A stretch of 32,000 nucleotides of DNA from Candidatus Saccharimonadota bacterium. GTDB taxonomy: Bacteria > Bacteroidota > Bacteroidia > Flavobacteriales > Blattabacteriaceae. The stretch spans positions 60,001 through 92,000 of the forward strand of contig NZ_OZ034981.1 of the NCBI RefSeq assembly GCF_964030875.1, read 5' to 3'. The position numbers and the translations under genes were made by a program. Shown one piece after another: positions 28,776 to 32,000 of this stretch. The notes beneath the pieces were generated by a model. That model had not been told where the DNA came from. It was given only the letters and a program-made list of their open reading frames with translations, and searched no databases. How positions within the stretch are numbered: position 1 is the first letter of the stretch; every line of letters starts with the position of its first letter.

Positions 28776-30905
28776 CTATTTTCTACCTTTAGGTAAAAGA
28801 ACTTTTCTAGAAATTATAATTTTTCCATTCCTATCATCAATTCCCATGAGTTTGACCTGGATTTTATCTCCGATTTTTAGAACATCTTCTACTTTATCCA
28901 ATCGCTCCCAATTAATCTCCGATATGTGAAGGAGATATTCTTTACCAGGAATTATCTCTACAAAAGCCCCGAATTTTTTAATTGATTTAACCTTAGCATC
29001 GTATATACCCTTTATTTCTGGAACAAAAGAAATCGCTTTAATTCTTTGTACCGCTTTATCAATTTTGTCTTGATGCTTTCCAACAATTTCTACAAATCCA
29101 ATTTTTCCTTTTTCTTCTATAGAAATTACAGTATTAGTTTCGTCCTGAATTTCTTGAATCATTTTTCCCCCTGTACCAATAACTGATCCTATAAACTCTT
29201 TAGGAATTTCTAAAACAGATATCTTAGGAGCATGGGGTTTTATAGATTTTCTGGGGAGAGATAATGTTTTTAGCATTTCATTTAAAATATATATACGTCC
29301 TTCATAGGCTTGTTTTAGAGCTTTTTCAAGAATTTGAAAAGAAATACCTTCTTCTATTTTAATGTCCATTTGACAAGCGGTAATTCCTTTTGCCGTACCA
29401 GCTACTTTAAGATCCATATCACCAATATGATCCTCTTCACCTAAAATATCGTAAAGTATTACTTCTTTACCATGCTCTATTATTAATCCAATAGAAATCC
29501 CTGAAACTGGGAGTTTAATAGGTATTCCTGCATCCATAAGAGCAAGGGTTCCTGCACAAATAGTTGCCATAGAAGAGGATCCATTAGATTCAAAAATATC
29601 AGATACCATACGAATAGTGTAAGGATTTCCTTCAGGAATAACATTTTTTAGTGCCCGTTGCGCCAAATTTCCATGTCCTATTTCACGACGTGATATTCCT
29701 CGTATAGTTCGGACATCTCCAGTAGAAAAAGGAGGAAAATTATAATGGATGTAAAATTTTTCTTTTTCTTCTTTAAGGGCATTATCTATACGGTTGGCAT
29801 CAACCGATGATCCAAGTGTTACGGTAGTTAACGATTGAGTTTCTCCACGAGAGAATATCGCAGAACCATGCACGCTAGGAAGATAGTCTACACAGCATTG
29901 TATCGGTCTAATTTCTTTTGAAGAACGTCCATCTATGCGATGATTTTCAGATAGTATCAATGTCCGTATAACTTTTCTCTTTATTTCTTCGTAATAATAA
30001 TGTGCTAAACTTTCCTTTTCTTTCCACATTTCTTCTGTAAAGTGCAACTTTACTTCATTGAATATATTCCTGTATTTTTCAATAAGTTGTTTCTTATCAG
30101 AAGAATATTTTGAAGCTTTATATGTTTTATCAGAAGTTATCTTCTGAATTTTATCATAAAGTTCTTTATCCTGTACTTCATAAAAATGATCAAATCTTTT
30201 AGTACTAAATTTTTCTAGTTTATAGGCTAAACGTATCTGTGCATTTACCTGATCTTTTATAACTTCCTGTGCGAAAGCAATTGCGGATAATATTTCTTTT
30301 TCTGATATTTCTTTCATCTCCCCTTCTATCATAATAAGGGCTTCTTTAGAAGCTCCAACAATCATATCGATATCATATTTTAAAATTTCTTCTATATTGG
30401 GATGAATAATGAATTTGTTATTACAACGTACAATGCGGACCTCGGAAATAGGTCCATTAAAGGGGATATCCGAAACAGCTAATGCTGATGAAGCTGCTAA
30501 TCCTGCTAATCCATCTGGTAAGACTGAGTTATCATAAGAAAGCAGTGAAATCATAATCTGTATTTCAGCATGGAATTTTTTTGTAAAAAAAGGTCTTAAT
30601 ACACGATCTACAATACGAGGGATTAAAATTTCTCTATACGTAGGACGCACTTCTCTCTTGAAAAATCCACCAGGAATTTTACCGGTCGCATAATATTTTT
30701 CTTTATAGTCTACAGTAAGAAGTAAAAAACCTGTATTTTTCTTTATAGTTTCTTTGGAAGCTACAACAGTAGCTAAAATCATAGTATTTCCCATTTTTAC
30801 AACAACGGAACCATCAGACTGTTTAGCTAGAAATCCAGTTTCTATATGAATCCTACGACCGTATGTGATAGATATTTTTTCTGAAATAATACTTGATTTT
30901 TTCAT
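28776..30905 (-). CDS. pnp: polyribonucleotide nucleotidyltransferase (PNPase)
   Basis: 709-aa ORF with two RNase PH domains, a KH domain (IGSVIGTGGKMIQEIQDET) and a C-terminal S1 domain (GIYDAKVKSIKKFGAFVEI). It lies directly downstream of rpsO. Confidence 0.96.
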   Translation of the reverse strand: MKKSSIISEKISITYGRRIHIETGFLAKQSDGSVVVKMGNTMILATVVASKETIKKNTGFLLLTVDYKEKYYATGKIPGGFFKREVRPTYREILIPRIVDRVLRPFFTKKFHAEIQIMISLLSYDNSVLPDGLAGLAASSALAVSDIPFNGPISEVRIVRCNNKFIIHPNIEEILKYDIDMIVGASKEALIMIEGEMKEISEKEILSAIAFAQEVIKDQVNAQIRLAYKLEKFSTKRFDHFYEVQDKELYDKIQKITSDKTYKASKYSSDKKQLIEKYRNIFNEVKLHFTEEMWKEKESLAHYYYEEIKRKVIRTLILSENHRIDGRSSKEIRPIQCCVDYLPSVHGSAIFSRGETQSLTTVTLGSSVDANRIDNALKEEKEKFYIHYNFPPFSTGDVRTIRGISRREIGHGNLAQRALKNVIPEGNPYTIRMVSDIFESNGSSSMATICAGTLALMDAGIPIKLPVSGISIGLIIEHGKEVILYDILGEEDHIGDMDLKVAGTAKGITACQMDIKIEEGISFQILEKALKQAYEGRIYILNEMLKTLSLPRKSIKPHAPKISVLEIPKEFIGSVIGTGGKMIQEIQDETNTVISIEEKGKIGFVEIVGKHQDKIDKAVQRIKAISFVPEIKGIYDAKVKSIKKFGAFVEIIPGKEYLLHISEINWERLDKVEDVLKIGDKIQVKLMGIDDRNGKIIISRKVLLPKGRK

Positions 30906-30911
30906 ATAAAA

Positions 30912-31211
30912 TTATTTTCTTAGGTTCAATTCTTTTATTATTATCCTATATCGATTAATATCAAAATTTTTTATGTACTTAAGTAGTTTTCTGCGTTTTC
31001 CTACTAGATTAATGAGAGATTTTTGAGTATGAAAATCTTTTCTATGTTTTTTAAGATGTTCAGTCATATGCTTTATTCTCTGAGTAAGAAGAGCAATTTG
31101 ACCTTCTGAAGAACCCGTATTAGTAACTAATGTACCGAATTTGTCTAAAATTTTTTGGGAAGTGGTTAAAGTGGTTAAAGTGGTTAAAGTGGTTAAAGTG
31201 GTTAAATACAT
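30912..31211 (-). CDS. rpsO: 30S ribosomal protein S15 with an N-terminal (LTT)x5 repeat
   Basis: 99-aa ORF with an S15 core (GSSEGQIALLTQRIKHMTEHLKKHRKDFHTQKSLINLVGKRRKLLKYI). The rpsO-pnp pairing is classical. Confidence 0.93.
   Translation of the reverse strand: MYLTTLTTLTTLTTLTTSQKILDKFGTLVTNTGSSEGQIALLTQRIKHMTEHLKKHRKDFHTQKSLINLVGKRRKLLKYIKNFDINRYRIIIKELNLRK
31162..31206 (-). repeat. 9-bp perfect tandem repeat (plus strand GTGGTTAAA x5, minus strand TTTAACCAC) inside the 5-prime end of rpsO
   Basis: Copies start at 31162, 31171, 31180, 31189 and 31198. They are translated on the minus strand as LTT x5, immediately after Met-Tyr. Confidence 0.97.
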
Positions 31212-31222
31212 AATTATATTAT

Positions 31223-31283
31223 ATATAGACTAATATATAGACTAATATGCTAAACTAATATGCTAAACTAGACTAATATGCTA
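31223..31283. repeat. nested short tandem repeats in the rpsO/rpmE spacer (12-bp ATATAGACTAAT x2, 13-bp ACTAATATGCTAA x2 plus a third near-copy)
   Basis: The 12-bp unit is at 31223-31234 and 31235-31246. The 13-bp unit is at 31241-31253 and 31254-31266, with ACTAATATGCTA again at 31272-31283. Confidence 0.9.
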
Positions 31284-31307
31284 TGGAGCAGTTTTTTTAT
31301 TATATAG

Positions 31308-31340
31308 ATTATGAAATATTATGAAATATTATGAAATATT
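31308..31340. repeat. 10-bp tandem repeat ATTATGAAAT x3.3 just upstream of rpmE
   Basis: Read directly. It creates three ATG triplets at 31311, 31321 and 31331. Confidence 0.95.
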
Positions 31341-31356
31341 AAAAAAACATTTTATT

Positions 31357-31617
31357 ATGAAAAAAGGAATTCATCCCAAAAACTATAGATTGGTAGCTTT
31401 TAAAGATATGAGTAGTGAGGAAATATTCCTATGCCGTTCTACAGCTGAAACTAAAGATCAAATAGAAATAGATAATGTAAAATATCCACTAATAAAAATA
31501 GAAATATCTAGTAGTTCACATCCTTTTTTTATTGGTAAAATGAGATTTGTAGATACCGCTGGTAGAGTGGATAAATTTCTAACAAAATACAAGAATTACG
31601 GAAAAACTAATTTTTAA
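31357..31617 (+). CDS. rpmE: 50S ribosomal protein L31 (type B, no CxxC zinc motif)
   Basis: MKKGIHPKNYRLVAF... and ...SSSSHPFFIGKMRFVDTAGRVDKF are L31 signatures. ORF track start 31321 lies inside the 10-bp repeat and adds 12 non-homologous residues, so the ATG at 31357 is preferred. Confidence 0.9.
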   Translation: MKKGIHPKNYRLVAFKDMSSEEIFLCRSTAETKDQIEIDNVKYPLIKIEISSSSHPFFIGKMRFVDTAGRVDKFLTKYKNYGKTNF

Positions 31618-31630
31618 AGATTGGAAAAAT

Positions 31631-32000
31631 CTAAATATTATCCCACTCACAAATTGCTGTCGGAGTGATATTGATATTATCGAATATTCCTTTAATGTAT
31701 TTTATTTGAGCAGTCATAGCAATCATAGCTGCGTTATCAGTAGTATATTCTAATGGAAGGAGATGCAATTTCCAATTTTTTTCATTTGAAGCTTGTAAAA
31801 ATTTTCTACGTAATCCAGAATTAGCTGAAACACCTCCTGATAAGGCAATTCTAAAAATACCTGTTTTATAAATAGCCTGGTAGACTTTATCGAATAATAT
31901 ATTGACTAAAGTGTACTGTACTGATGCACAAATATCGTGTATATTATTTATAATAAAATTTGAATCATATTGTAACTTTTTTCGAATGAAGTATAAAAAT
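31631..32000 (-). CDS. tsaD: tRNA N6-adenosine threonylcarbamoyltransferase TsaD (Gcp/Kae1 family), C-terminal 122 codons (5-prime part beyond the window)
   Basis: Minus-strand frame, open from the window edge to TAG (CTA at 31631-33). It reads ...ICASVQYTLVNILFDKVYQAIYKTGIFRIALSGGVSANSGLRRKFL...LLPLEYTTDNAAMIAMTA..., the conserved TsaD C-terminal domain. It is not in the ORF track because it is truncated by the window edge. Confidence 0.88.
   Translation of the reverse strand, partial: FLYFIRKKLQYDSNFIINNIHDICASVQYTLVNILFDKVYQAIYKTGIFRIALSGGVSANSGLRRKFLQASNEKNWKLHLLPLEYTTDNAAMIAMTAQIKYIKGIFDNINITPTAICEWDNI

Overview
The window is very AT-rich (roughly 70% A+T by eye), gene-dense and almost free of intergenic space. 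Gene content and order point to a strongly reduced Bacteroidota (Flavobacteriales-type) insect-endosymbiont chromosome. The supporting traits are the order tRNA-Thr/Tyr/Gly/Thr, tuf, tRNA-Trp, secE, nusG, rplKAJL, rpoBC, a short 290-aa RpoD, a long 284-aa NusB and a type-B L31. This taxonomic placement is inference, with no database search behind it. I support 32 intact-looking protein genes, almost all translation or transcription housekeeping, and 5 tRNAs. The main cargo is a complete tryptophan operon, trpE-G-D-C-F-B-A (12565-18950). I see no mobile elements, CRISPR arrays, defence systems or toxin systems. The notable signal is slippage-type mutation. trpE is broken by a +1 frameshift in an A11 tract and trpC by a frameshift in a T10 tract, while the rest of both proteins looks conserved. 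trpA carries a perfect in-frame 12-bp x7 repeat in the conserved loop-6 motif. rpsO carries an in-frame 9-bp x5 repeat at its N-terminus. The only large non-coding gap (18951-19979) is a badly eroded menB (naphthoate synthase) pseudogene that itself holds perfect 16-bp x3.5 and 25-bp x5 tandem repeats. The rpsO/rpmE spacer is a nest of 10-13 bp repeats. Repeat units inside intact genes are all multiples of 3, whereas most of those in the pseudogene and spacers are not. Two smaller oddities are a secE with no canonical start codon and a Rho that lacks the N-terminal helix bundle. Homopolymer-length sequencing error is a realistic alternative explanation for the two frameshifts.
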